Of a stretch of DNA of 64,000 nt, positions 10,046 to 19,630 are shown piece after piece. The notes under the pieces were generated by a model. The model was not told where the DNA came from. It saw nothing but the letters and a program-made list of their open reading frames with translations, and did not search any database. The stretch is from Ignavibacteria bacterium (lineage in GTDB: Bacteria; Bacteroidota; Ignavibacteria; Tepidaquicellales; OLB5). The translations under genes were made by a program, and so were the position numbers. The DNA is taken from NCBI GenBank assembly GCA_030835085.1, contig JAUQWQ010000011.1, positions 2,312 to 66,311 of the forward strand, written 5' to 3'. Positions within the stretch are counted from its first letter, which is position 1; each line of letters begins with the position of its first letter.

Positions 10046-10894
10046 ATGACAGATATTTCAGTAATAATTGTTACGTGGAACAGCTCTGATGAAATTGTTA
10101 ATTGCGTTAACTCAGTAATTACCGCTCTTCGGGGGCTTGTTGCTGAACTGATAATAATTGATAATAACTCTGCTGATGATTCCTTTGCGCTTGTTAACAA
10201 GATAGAATTCCCACAGTTGAATGCTTTTCAGAATTCCGAAAATCTGGGTTATACAAAAGCTATAAACCAGGGGATAAAGTTATCCAAAGGAAAATATGTT
10301 TTACTGCTGAATCCTGATACTGTTTTGAATAATACGAGTATAAAGGTTGTGTATGACTTTATGGAATCGAATCCGGCTTACGGAGCATGCGCGCCGTTAA
10401 TGAAGAATCCGGATGGGAGCGTGCAGTATTCAGTACGAAACTTCCCAACATATTGGCGTATGTTTTGTGAATTCAGCCTGCTTGCTTATATTTTTCCCAA
10501 AACAAAACTCTTTGGCTCATGGAAAGCAAAATATATGGATTACAGCCTTGAGCAGGATGTTGAGCAGCCTATGGCTGCGGCATTTATGGTACGCGCTGAT
10601 CTGCTGAGTAAGATTGATAATATGGATGAGCGCTTCAGGATGTTCTTTAACGATGTTGACCTGTGCAAGAAGATCTATGATGCAGGTTTTAAGATAAGGC
10701 TTCTGCCCTCTTCCGTTGTAATACATGAGCACGGCGCAAGCATTAAAAAAGACCGCGCTAATATGATCAGAGTATGGAACGATGATTGCGGGAAATATTT
10801 TGAAAAACATTTCGGGAAAGGTCTCTTGATGATCTGGCTTAAGATAAACCTTAAAATTTCCGGAATTATTCGAGTTTTTTCGAATAAAAAATAA
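10046..10894 (+). CDS. Family 2 glycosyltransferase
   Basis: ISVIIVTWNSSDEIVNCVNS, IIIDNNSADDS and LLLNPDT match the GT2 fold. The ORF-track start is GTG 10037; ATG 10046 is preferred. Confidence 0.85.
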   Translation: MTDISVIIVTWNSSDEIVNCVNSVITALRGLVAELIIIDNNSADDSFALVNKIEFPQLNAFQNSENLGYTKAINQGIKLSKGKYVLLLNPDTVLNNTSIKVVYDFMESNPAYGACAPLMKNPDGSVQYSVRNFPTYWRMFCEFSLLAYIFPKTKLFGSWKAKYMDYSLEQDVEQPMAAAFMVRADLLSKIDNMDERFRMFFNDVDLCKKIYDAGFKIRLLPSSVVIHEHGASIKKDRANMIRVWNDDCGKYFEKHFGKGLLMIWLKINLKISGIIRVFSNKK

Positions 10895-10949
10895 AGATTA
10901 TTTTCGTATATTTTCCCTCATAATAATAATAAAAACAATAGCTTATACG

Positions 10950-10994
10950 TTATACCAAGTAGTATTATACCAATTAGTATAATACCATATGGTA
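10950..10994. repeat. Three tandem imperfect 15-bp repeats; the last contains a perfect 12-bp palindrome
   Basis: Units ttataccaagtagta / ttataccaattagta / taataccatatggta. The palindrome taccatatggta lies at 10983-10994. The array lies 30 nt upstream of the ATPase gene start. Confidence 0.6.
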
Positions 10995-11023
10995 TAATCG
11001 TATTTTTATCCGTATTTTTGTAT

Positions 11024-12154
11024 ATGAAAAGTCCATTCACATTCGGTAAAATTGCAAAGGGAAGTAATTTTACAAACCGTGCATTTGAAACAAAAAGGTT
11101 AAAAGCAAATTTTGATGACAAGGTGAATACAATACTTATTTCCCCAAGAAGGTGGGGGAAATCTTCATTGGTGAACAAGGCAGCTTCCTTATTCCAAAAA
11201 GAAAAGAACAAACATTCTGTAACGATAGATCTCTTTAACATCAGGGATGAAGCTCAGTTCTATTCTTACTTCGCTAAAAAGATCATACAGGAAACATCCT
11301 CTAAGCCCAGGGAATGGATGGATACGGCAATGTCGTTCTTAAAAAGGCTTTCACCAAAAGTATCCTTCCCTATTGATATGGTTAACGATTTTGAAATAAC
11401 ATTTGAGCTTAGGGATAAAGCCGAAGATTTTGAAGACATTTTAAACCTTCCGGAAAAAATAGCCCATGCAAAGAAAATTGAAATTGCAGTGTGCATTGAT
11501 GAATTCCAGAACATATCGAATTTTAACCAGCCTCTGTTATTTCAGAAACGGCTCAGAGCTTCATGGCAGAAACATCAGGATACGGTCTATTGTTTATACG
11601 GAAGCCAAACACATATGATGACAACTCTTTTCGAAAAAAAAAGTATGCCCTTCTATAAATTTGGTGACGTAATGTATCTCGGTAAAATTGACAGTTCTTA
11701 TTTAACAGAGTATATTATCACACAGTTTAAAAATTCAGGTAAAAAAATTGATCCGGAATACGCGAAACAGGTCACAGAAGAAGTCCAATGCCAGCCTTAC
11801 TATACTCAGCAGCTTGCTCATATTATCTGGATAAATACTAAAAGATCTGTCACATCAGAAATTCTTGAGAGGTCACTGACAGAACTGATCGAACAAAATG
11901 CGCCGTTATATATAAAGGATATAGAAACACTCAGCAACACACAGGTGAATTTTTTACATATGCTCATCAAAAGCAACAGAAAAGATATATTTTCCAAAGA
12001 ATTGATCCGGCTATTTGATCTGGGTACACCGGGAAATGTTACCAAGATACGCTCTGTTTTAATTAATAAAGAGATAATCCACCTGGTCAATTCAAAATAC
12101 GAGCTTGTTGACCCGGTTTTCAGGCTGTGGCTAAAGAACATTTATTTCAAATAA
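11024..12154 (+). CDS. ATP-binding protein, archaeal-type ATPase (ATPase_2/DUF234-like)
   Basis: N-terminal FTNRAFETKRL, then Walker A SPRRWGKSSLV and Walker B AVCIDEFQ. Size and layout are typical of the Arch_ATPase family. The ORF-track start is TTG 11018. Confidence 0.7.
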   Translation: MKSPFTFGKIAKGSNFTNRAFETKRLKANFDDKVNTILISPRRWGKSSLVNKAASLFQKEKNKHSVTIDLFNIRDEAQFYSYFAKKIIQETSSKPREWMDTAMSFLKRLSPKVSFPIDMVNDFEITFELRDKAEDFEDILNLPEKIAHAKKIEIAVCIDEFQNISNFNQPLLFQKRLRASWQKHQDTVYCLYGSQTHMMTTLFEKKSMPFYKFGDVMYLGKIDSSYLTEYIITQFKNSGKKIDPEYAKQVTEEVQCQPYYTQQLAHIIWINTKRSVTSEILERSLTELIEQNAPLYIKDIETLSNTQVNFLHMLIKSNRKDIFSKELIRLFDLGTPGNVTKIRSVLINKEIIHLVNSKYELVDPVFRLWLKNIYFK

Positions 12155-12193
12155 TAGTACATATAGGTATATTTGTACATATAAAAATAACAT

Positions 12194-13057
12194 ATGAAAT
12201 TCAAAGTATCATGCGCACAAATATCACCTGCACTGGGTGATATAGAAAAAAATATAAAACTTCATTTAAAATATATTGATAAGGCTATTGCCAGAAAGTC
12301 TGATATGGTGGTATTTCCTGAGCTATCGCTCACGGGGTACTCGGTTAAGGACCTGAACCTGGAGCTTGCGCTGAACCCGTTTACAAGCAAACTGCTGGAG
12401 CCGTTAAGACAAAGATCAAAGAAAATTTCAATTGTATGCGGCGGAATAGAAGAGGATGATAATTACGGTATTTTCAATTCAGCGTTCTATTTTGAAGCAG
12501 GCAAGCTGCAGTTCACACATAAAAAAGTTTACCCGCCTGATTACGGAATGTTCGAAGAAATACGATACTTTTCGCGGGGCAAACAAGCTGATGTACATGA
12601 TACGAAATTCGGCAAGATTGGTGTACTTGTGTGCGAGGACTTGTGGCATATGTCATTGCCATTACTGCAGGCATTAAAAGGCGCGAAAGTAATTATTGGT
12701 ATTGCGGTATCACCAACAAGACTTGCGCTAAATTCAAAAAGCAAGATACTCAAGAATTATGAAATAAACTCAGAGCAGCACAGGGCATATGCAAGGCTGC
12801 TTTCATTGTATCTCGTGTTCTGCAACAGGGTTGGATATGAAGACGGTGTGAATTTCTGGGGAGGCAGTGAAATAGTTGATCCGTTCGGCACGGTTGATAA
12901 AGTAGCTAAATTTTTCGATGAGGATATTATAACATCGGAAATAAACATGAATTCCATCAAACGGGCCCGCCAGCTGGCAAGACATTTCCTTGATGAAGAT
13001 GTTAATTTCCTGAGGAATGAAGTGCAATTACTGCATGAAGAGCTTGCAAAGATTTAA
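12194..13057 (+). CDS. Carbon-nitrogen hydrolase (nitrilase superfamily) protein
   Basis: Catalytic-triad contexts: VVFPELSLTGY (Glu), HKKVYPP (Lys), VLVCEDLWH (Cys). Confidence 0.85.
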   Translation: MKFKVSCAQISPALGDIEKNIKLHLKYIDKAIARKSDMVVFPELSLTGYSVKDLNLELALNPFTSKLLEPLRQRSKKISIVCGGIEEDDNYGIFNSAFYFEAGKLQFTHKKVYPPDYGMFEEIRYFSRGKQADVHDTKFGKIGVLVCEDLWHMSLPLLQALKGAKVIIGIAVSPTRLALNSKSKILKNYEINSEQHRAYARLLSLYLVFCNRVGYEDGVNFWGGSEIVDPFGTVDKVAKFFDEDIITSEINMNSIKRARQLARHFLDEDVNFLRNEVQLLHEELAKI

Positions 13058-13069
13058 TTGGAATTTGTT

Positions 13070-14830
13070 TTACTCCCTGCAGTTGTTTTTTATTTCATCA
13101 ATTGCAGCCTTTATATGATTGGGGAAATTGATTTCTATGATCCTGTATTTTTTCGCTGCAATATCCGTTAACTCGCTGTAACCTATCCATTTTGCTGTCA
13201 GACTGATGATCAGATATACATATAAAGGGTTTTCATCCTTTGAACCCAGACAAAAGTCTGATAATTCTTCAAACTTCCTGCAGTATTTATACAGAAATTC
13301 TCTCCGGGACATGAATCCATGATTTTCAAGCATTGAAAATGCGATCTCAAGCAATCTGAAACTATCAAATCTTACGAGCAATTTCTTATCTCTTAATCCC
13401 CATTTGATCCTGTTGATTAGCAATAATGCATATTCGAAATTTATTTTTTTGCCTTTCAAAAACTCAATAAAAAGCAGGTCAAGGTTAATTTTTATTTTCC
13501 CGGCAAGGAAAGATATCTTGTGATAGTGCGATGTAATATATTTCACCAGGTTTTCAAGTTCATATACAAAGCTGTAATTTACTTCTCCCGGGCTTAAGAA
13601 TCCGCCTTTTTCATTTCTCAATAACTCCCATTTGACATAGTTCCTTTCTCCGGTTTTATCAGCATATAATATCTTTATAGCTCTGCCCGGAACTGAACGA
13701 AGAAAAAGATAATTAACCAGTTCTTTGTTCACTTCTTTTCTTTTTTCTTCATCAACCGAGATCAGACAATTTGAATATAAGATGGAAACAACCTGGAACC
13801 AGTAAGAATTATATCCATAGCGCTTTACCTGAGCCCAGCATTCAGCTAAATTGTTTACCAACTTCCCGGACCCATCTTTTTTTTTATTATTACTTTCTGA
13901 GATCATCAGCGCTTTGAAACCGTATTTTACAGCCGGCAATTTTCTTTTTGAGGCAATATCATAACCTTTCCTGTAATAATTCATTGCCACAGAGCTGCTG
14001 CCCAAAACTGAATAAACTTCTCCAATATGAAATAAAACATAGGTTAAGTATTCATAGTTTGCAGCTTTTGCTGCTTCTTTATAAGCTAGTTTGTAATTAT
14101 TCAGTTTATTAGTATATGAGCTGTCATTTACAAGGTTTAGACCGAATTTTCTGCCCATTGCAGTGTAATACCTCGCTTTAATAAGTGCTGTTTGCTGTTT
14201 GCTAAGTACAATTTTTCGTTTATTAAGATAGTCCACCAGGCGTTTAGTTTCAGCTAAATACCTGTTGTACCTCAAAAGATCATGTTGATTATAATAATAA
14301 ATAAGCAAGTGTTCGTAAATCTCAGATGCAATCAGGATATTTAAGCTGTTCAATTTCTCTTTTCTGAGCCGGGCTGCCAATTTAAGGAAGATAAGTTTAG
14401 CTTCTTTCCTCATTCCGGCTGAGAATTTCAGTTTAGCATCATAAAATTCCGATTCGGTATCCTGATTATTCAATGCAGTCTTATCCGGGTTTGAACTAGA
14501 TTTATCAGGCAGAAAATAATACTTCCGTAATCCATCCAGGAAATTTGATTTGTGGAACCGGTAGGTATTATAAGATACTTTTAGCTTCCTGCATATCTCT
14601 GCTGAATCCCAATCATACAGATTTCCGTTTTCAATCCGTTCATAAATAAAGTTTATCAGCATCACATTCTTTTGGTGCTCAGCATTTTTCCTTTTCAGGA
14701 TCTTCTGAAGATATTGTTCCCTTATATTCCCGGGGATTGCGGCAACTTCGTACAAATACAGAATTGAAGCTATATTGTTCTTTACTGGGCTGTATTTCGT
14801 GTAATTTTGTGTCATAAAAACATCTAACAA
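13070..14830 (-). CDS. Hypothetical large all-helical cytoplasmic protein (possible regulator/TPR-like)
   Basis: 586 aa, no signal peptide or TM segment, K/L/Y/N-rich helical repeats, no catalytic motif recognised. Start is TTG 14830 or ATG 14815. Divergent from the T9SS gene at 14921. Confidence 0.6.
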   Translation of the reverse strand: MLDVFMTQNYTKYSPVKNNIASILYLYEVAAIPGNIREQYLQKILKRKNAEHQKNVMLINFIYERIENGNLYDWDSAEICRKLKVSYNTYRFHKSNFLDGLRKYYFLPDKSSSNPDKTALNNQDTESEFYDAKLKFSAGMRKEAKLIFLKLAARLRKEKLNSLNILIASEIYEHLLIYYYNQHDLLRYNRYLAETKRLVDYLNKRKIVLSKQQTALIKARYYTAMGRKFGLNLVNDSSYTNKLNNYKLAYKEAAKAANYEYLTYVLFHIGEVYSVLGSSSVAMNYYRKGYDIASKRKLPAVKYGFKALMISESNNKKKDGSGKLVNNLAECWAQVKRYGYNSYWFQVVSILYSNCLISVDEEKRKEVNKELVNYLFLRSVPGRAIKILYADKTGERNYVKWELLRNEKGGFLSPGEVNYSFVYELENLVKYITSHYHKISFLAGKIKINLDLLFIEFLKGKKINFEYALLLINRIKWGLRDKKLLVRFDSFRLLEIAFSMLENHGFMSRREFLYKYCRKFEELSDFCLGSKDENPLYVYLIISLTAKWIGYSELTDIAAKKYRIIEINFPNHIKAAIDEIKNNCRE

Positions 14831-14920
14831 AATATAGACTAATTTATTTGCAATCTATTAAACATAATATTAAGTTACAATCATAATTTAAGAATGTTAT
14901 ATTAAAACCAAACATCCGGT

Positions 14921-16519
14921 ATGATAAACGTAAAAAAAATGTTACTCTTCTGTATAATGATGTTATTCTTTGTCACAATATCTTACAGCCAGGTCTCGCA
15001 AACCTGGGTTAAGGAGTACAGTTCATCCAACTCACAGGGATACGGAAATGATATAGTAATTGACGGTGATGGCAATATATATGTAACAGGATATGATTTT
15101 AATACAATTAAATACAGTTCAACAGGTACCCAGCTATGGGTACGGCAGTATTATGGAGTGGCAAAATCCATGATCATTGACCCTCAGGGAAATCTGTATA
15201 TCACTGGTAACGATGACAACAGCACGATGATCACAATAAAATACAGCCCGTCCGGTGAACAACTTTGGATGCAGATGTATTCCGATCCCCAAAACGGGTA
15301 TTTGGAACTTACCAAAGCCGAGATCGCTTTAGACAATTCTGGCGGGTTGTTTATAACCGCCAATGTTTACCTTGATTCAACTGTCAGCACTATAGGTGTA
15401 TTAACATTAAAATACAGTACCGGAGGGGTACTTCAATGGGCAAAATATTACAACCACCCAATAGGCTACCAATGGGCTGAATCAAATTCAATAGCAACCG
15501 ATAACAATGGTAATGCATATGTAACAGGTTTTACATACACAGGCTCAGAAGATTACGATCTTCTGTTGATAAAATATTCTGCTTCAGGTAATGAAGAATG
15601 GGTAAGAACTGAAAACGGGCCGGCGGGACAAAATGACCTGGGGCAAAGGGTAAAGATAGCTCAAAACGGTGATATTTACGTTGGCGGTGCAATGACAGAT
15701 GTTTTCGGTTCATTTGTTCATTTTGATATTGCTCTGCTTAGATATACCCCCGGCGGAACAAAACTGTGGACCAGTACATATGATAGAGGTGGTTTAAGCG
15801 ACGTCCCCTTTGATATGACGCTTGATAATGAAGGTAATATTATTATGACGGGTTATGCCGGCAGTATTTCAACATTTTTGGATATTTTGACCGTGAAGTT
15901 CAGCCCTGACGGAGTATTCAGATGGGCAGAAATATACAGTGGTTCATGGAATAACTGGGATGAAGGAAAATCAGTAACTACCGACGCATCGGGTAATGTA
16001 TATATTACTGGCACAGCCTGGGAGACTATGACAGATCTTGATTATACAACAATAAAGTATTCTCCGGCAGGTGAACAGGTCTGGATGATGCAGTATGACG
16101 GAGGATATATTGATGCAGCACGCTCCATAGCTGTAGATAACAACGGTTACGTTTATATAACAGGGTATCATTCTACAAGGAACGCTACATCATCTGCCAC
16201 AACCATTAAGTATTCACAACCGGTCGGCATAGAACCGATTTCAAACGAAACACCTTCGGAATATTCACTGCTTCAAAACTATCCGAACCCCTTCAACCCG
16301 GTGACAAATATAGAATTCAGCCTGCCGGTTCGCTCTGTGGTTAAACTGGTTGTTTACGATATACTGGGGAAGGAAGTCAAACAGATACTGAATAAAGAAC
16401 TAAATGCAGGTAAATACAAAACTGATTTTGATGCTGCAAATCTGCCGGGAGGCGTTTATTTTTATCAGATTACTGCAAACGGATTTTCTGAAACCAGAAA
16501 AATGATGCTGGTTAAATAA
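14921..16519 (+). CDS. T9SS-secreted SBBP-type beta-propeller repeat protein
   Basis: Signal peptide. Repeated D(Y/F)xT(I/L)KYSxxGxxxW...D..GN(I/V)Y(I/V)TG units. C-terminal NYPNPFNPVTNIEF...GVYFYQI...RKMMLVK CTD. Confidence 0.8.
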   Translation: MINVKKMLLFCIMMLFFVTISYSQVSQTWVKEYSSSNSQGYGNDIVIDGDGNIYVTGYDFNTIKYSSTGTQLWVRQYYGVAKSMIIDPQGNLYITGNDDNSTMITIKYSPSGEQLWMQMYSDPQNGYLELTKAEIALDNSGGLFITANVYLDSTVSTIGVLTLKYSTGGVLQWAKYYNHPIGYQWAESNSIATDNNGNAYVTGFTYTGSEDYDLLLIKYSASGNEEWVRTENGPAGQNDLGQRVKIAQNGDIYVGGAMTDVFGSFVHFDIALLRYTPGGTKLWTSTYDRGGLSDVPFDMTLDNEGNIIMTGYAGSISTFLDILTVKFSPDGVFRWAEIYSGSWNNWDEGKSVTTDASGNVYITGTAWETMTDLDYTTIKYSPAGEQVWMMQYDGGYIDAARSIAVDNNGYVYITGYHSTRNATSSATTIKYSQPVGIEPISNETPSEYSLLQNYPNPFNPVTNIEFSLPVRSVVKLVVYDILGKEVKQILNKELNAGKYKTDFDAANLPGGVYFYQITANGFSETRKMMLVK

Positions 16520-16554
16520 ATTCTTTGTATATGCGGATACCAGAAAGTTATAGG

Positions 16555-18030
16555 TCATTTATTCTTCATCCACCCGGAAACTGCTGTTCTTGAAATATGA
16601 TCTTTGTTATTGAAATAATATCCCGTGATAACTTTCATGTACCTGTTTCGAAGATATAAATGGTCCTGTTCATCTTTTGCCGCAATTAGCTCTTTAAGAA
16701 ATCCTGAAAGTGCAGTCTGGAAATCACCGGGGAGTTTGACCGAACTAAGGGTCCTGTTTAATGAACTTACCAGATATATAACCAGCTCGATATTATTCAT
16801 TTGATATTGTGTTAAGATATTCAATAACTTAACATTTATAAGGAATATCCCGTTATTGACCTTTTCGGAGGAAATTATCCTGTTAAGGAGTTTTGCGGCA
16901 TCGTCATATTTGTTTAACAAAAAATAAGATACTGCAATAAGGTATAAACATTCAGATTCTTCTGCGCCGGATATTTTTCCCTTGTACTCACCAAGATAAG
17001 CAAGCAGTAACTTTGATACTTTTTCGGAAGCATCAATATCAGGTTTTATCAGGCTGTATTTAAGTTCCTGTTTGCTGCAGCCCAGGTCAGAAAGCAGTTT
17101 TGAGTTTTCAGGGATACTCACTCTTTCGGCAAACAACCTTAGCTTATAAATAAAATTTATCATTTCTTTGGGCAGTAACATCTCGTAGCAGCTTTCAATC
17201 AGATTGTAAAGTGAAACAATGTAGTTTGTAGGGTTTTCAAACTTAACATCTTTCCTTGTTTCAATATGCTCAACAAGTTTCTTTCTGAATCTGTATGTGT
17301 TCTTAATATCACCGCTGTACATACTGATAATAGAATTCGTATTATAAAATGATGCCAGAGCGGCAAAAGACATTGCTTTCTTCTCTGAACTAAGAACTGA
17401 TCTTTTTCTGAAACCAAGCAGTTTTTGACTGAGTTTTTTTCCGGTTGATACTGCGTCTGAAATAGTTGCCCGTATCTGATATTCAATGCATCTGTATTCA
17501 CTGATATTATTTATCTTTGCCAGTATAGTTTTCTCTTCTTCAAACAGGCTTAATATTACCCGGGTCTTCTTTGCAGGAGGAAGCAATTCTATTACAAGGT
17601 TTCTTTCAAGTCTGATGATTTCAACAAGCCTGAGAAAATTATCTGATATATATGCTTTTCTTTTTGTTTTCTTCAACTGCTCGTATGCTTTGCTGTACAG
17701 CGTCCGCTTATACATAAGGTCAATAAAAGAGATCTGAATTTTGATCTTTCCGTCGGAACTTGCGGGCGTGTTCAGGTTGATCAGAATATTTACGATATTT
17801 CCATACAGGTAATTCTTCGCGACCGAAAATGCATTCTTATTCCTGCATCCGGCCCGCTTAATTATATCTTCTTCAACATAATTGCCTGCCCTGCCAACTG
17901 ATCTGATACTTCTGAATATCCTCCGATATTTCCCCGACGAATTGTGCTTTAATAATTCGCGGTTAACAGCTATCAATTCCCTGCGGTCCAGTGATGATAC
18001 CAGCCTAAAAAGGTCATCATTCTTTCTCAA
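16555..18030 (-). CDS. Hypothetical all-helical cytoplasmic protein (possible regulator)
   Basis: 491 aa, TTG start with no in-frame ATG for >100 codons, no TM or signal peptide. Helical, K/L/N/Y-rich. Divergent from the T9SS gene at 18184. Confidence 0.6.
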   Translation of the reverse strand: MRKNDDLFRLVSSLDRRELIAVNRELLKHNSSGKYRRIFRSIRSVGRAGNYVEEDIIKRAGCRNKNAFSVAKNYLYGNIVNILINLNTPASSDGKIKIQISFIDLMYKRTLYSKAYEQLKKTKRKAYISDNFLRLVEIIRLERNLVIELLPPAKKTRVILSLFEEEKTILAKINNISEYRCIEYQIRATISDAVSTGKKLSQKLLGFRKRSVLSSEKKAMSFAALASFYNTNSIISMYSGDIKNTYRFRKKLVEHIETRKDVKFENPTNYIVSLYNLIESCYEMLLPKEMINFIYKLRLFAERVSIPENSKLLSDLGCSKQELKYSLIKPDIDASEKVSKLLLAYLGEYKGKISGAEESECLYLIAVSYFLLNKYDDAAKLLNRIISSEKVNNGIFLINVKLLNILTQYQMNNIELVIYLVSSLNRTLSSVKLPGDFQTALSGFLKELIAAKDEQDHLYLRNRYMKVITGYYFNNKDHISRTAVSGWMKNK

Positions 18031-18183
18031 CTTACCTAATTTAAATTCTGGTTAATTGCTAAATATAATACAATTTTAATGTTAATTTGAGTTTTAAATT
18101 ATTCAATTTACCTAATTTTAAGCAGAATTTGATTTTTTTAATCATACATTTAGCGCTATAATTGATCAAGTTAAAAAAATAAC

Positions 18184-19557
18184 ATGAATGAAATTCGTCA
18201 GATTTTGAAAGTAATTGTTGTCACGTTTTTGATGTTAAATGGATCTTATTCAATGGAGCCTGAATGGATCACTTTCACAACATCAAACTCGATACTTCGG
18301 AGTAATTTTATTACAGTGCTGGCAAAAGAAACCAATAATACAATTTGGGTTGGAACGTTCAGCCACACTGTTACCGGGCTTGGCGGAACCGTAAGGATTT
18401 CCGGGAATTCATGGAGCCTGTTTGATACGACAAATTCAGGGATTAAAAATAATACAGCTGTTTCAATAGTTGTAGATAACAATAATAATAAATGGTTCGG
18501 TTGTGCTTTAAAGATAGATGGTTTTACAGCCTCGGTATTGGATAGCGGCGGTTACAGCAGATACAATGGCACAACATGGTCAAACTGGCAGTCCAATCTC
18601 TTTTGGTCAGATAATATCCAGGACCTATCCATTGACAGAAGTAATAACAACCTGTGGTCAGCTGTTGGCACTTTTTTTATACAGGGAAACCCGATACACG
18701 GAACAGTTGCTATGTTCAACGGTTCATCATGGACCTTTTATAACCGTGCATTTTTTGGATTACCGAATAATAATTCTTTCCGGAGTATTCAGGTTGATAA
18801 TAACGGTATCAAATGGATAGGAACAATAAATAACGGGTTAATCAGATTTGACGGAACAAATTTCACGATCTTTAACAACAACAATTCACAGATACCTTCT
18901 AATAATGTATATGATCTGGAAATGGCTCCGGACGGGACCCTTTGGGTTGGAACAGATTTCGGGCTTGGCAAATTCAACGGAACTGATTGGACAGTATACA
19001 GAACGTCAAACTCAGGGTTAAGTTATAACCTTGTTACAGATGTTGCCATTGAGAATAATAACACGATCTGGGTGGGCACATTAAACAGCCTGATGAAGTT
19101 TGACGGGAACAGCAACTGGACAAAATTTGACACGGCGAATTCTGAAATTCCGGGTGGTGTTGTAGACCAGATCTTAGTGGATAACTTAGGCAACAAGTGG
19201 ATAGATTCAAGAGATTTCCAGATCGGGAAAGGACTGACCGTTTTCAAAGAAGGCGGAGTTGTGGGTTTGAACAATTCAATAACAACTTTGCCTCAGAGTT
19301 TCCTTCTTAGACAAAACTATCCTAATCCGTTCAATCCTTCTACAATAATTGAGTTTGAAATTCCAAAAGAAAATTTCACTGAACTAAAAATTTATGATCT
19401 GCTTGGGAAGGAAGTGGAAGTAATAGTAAGCGCACATTTGAATCACGGCAGGTACACTTACAGCTGGGATGCAGGTTCTTTGCCGGCTGGTGTATATTTT
19501 TCGAAGCTAACAAGCGGAAATTTTACAGATACAAAGAAAATGGTGCTGGTGAAATAA
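18184..19557 (+). CDS. T9SS-secreted protein with two-component-regulator-propeller (Reg_prop)-like repeats
   Basis: Repeats of type KWIGTINNGLIRFDGTNFTIF, LWVGTDFGLGKFNGTDWTVY, IWVGTLNSLMKFDGNSNWTKF. C-terminal NYPNPFNPSTIIEF...GVYFSKL...KKMVLVK CTD. Confidence 0.75.
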   Translation: MNEIRQILKVIVVTFLMLNGSYSMEPEWITFTTSNSILRSNFITVLAKETNNTIWVGTFSHTVTGLGGTVRISGNSWSLFDTTNSGIKNNTAVSIVVDNNNNKWFGCALKIDGFTASVLDSGGYSRYNGTTWSNWQSNLFWSDNIQDLSIDRSNNNLWSAVGTFFIQGNPIHGTVAMFNGSSWTFYNRAFFGLPNNNSFRSIQVDNNGIKWIGTINNGLIRFDGTNFTIFNNNNSQIPSNNVYDLEMAPDGTLWVGTDFGLGKFNGTDWTVYRTSNSGLSYNLVTDVAIENNNTIWVGTLNSLMKFDGNSNWTKFDTANSEIPGGVVDQILVDNLGNKWIDSRDFQIGKGLTVFKEGGVVGLNNSITTLPQSFLLRQNYPNPFNPSTIIEFEIPKENFTELKIYDLLGKEVEVIVSAHLNHGRYTYSWDAGSLPAGVYFSKLTSGNFTDTKKMVLVK

Positions 19558-19630
19558 GGAGTATGATTTTTAAACCCGCACGATGCAACTCAAGAATAAG
19601 GGGCTATAGCCACTTGTTCATAGTGAAGGA

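Noticed and set aside
10918-11241. 107-aa minus-strand ORF overlapping the ATPase gene start and the 15-bp repeats.
   Set aside because: It is hydrophobic and low in complexity, and it overlaps a motif-supported plus-strand gene and an intergenic repeat array. It is most likely spurious.
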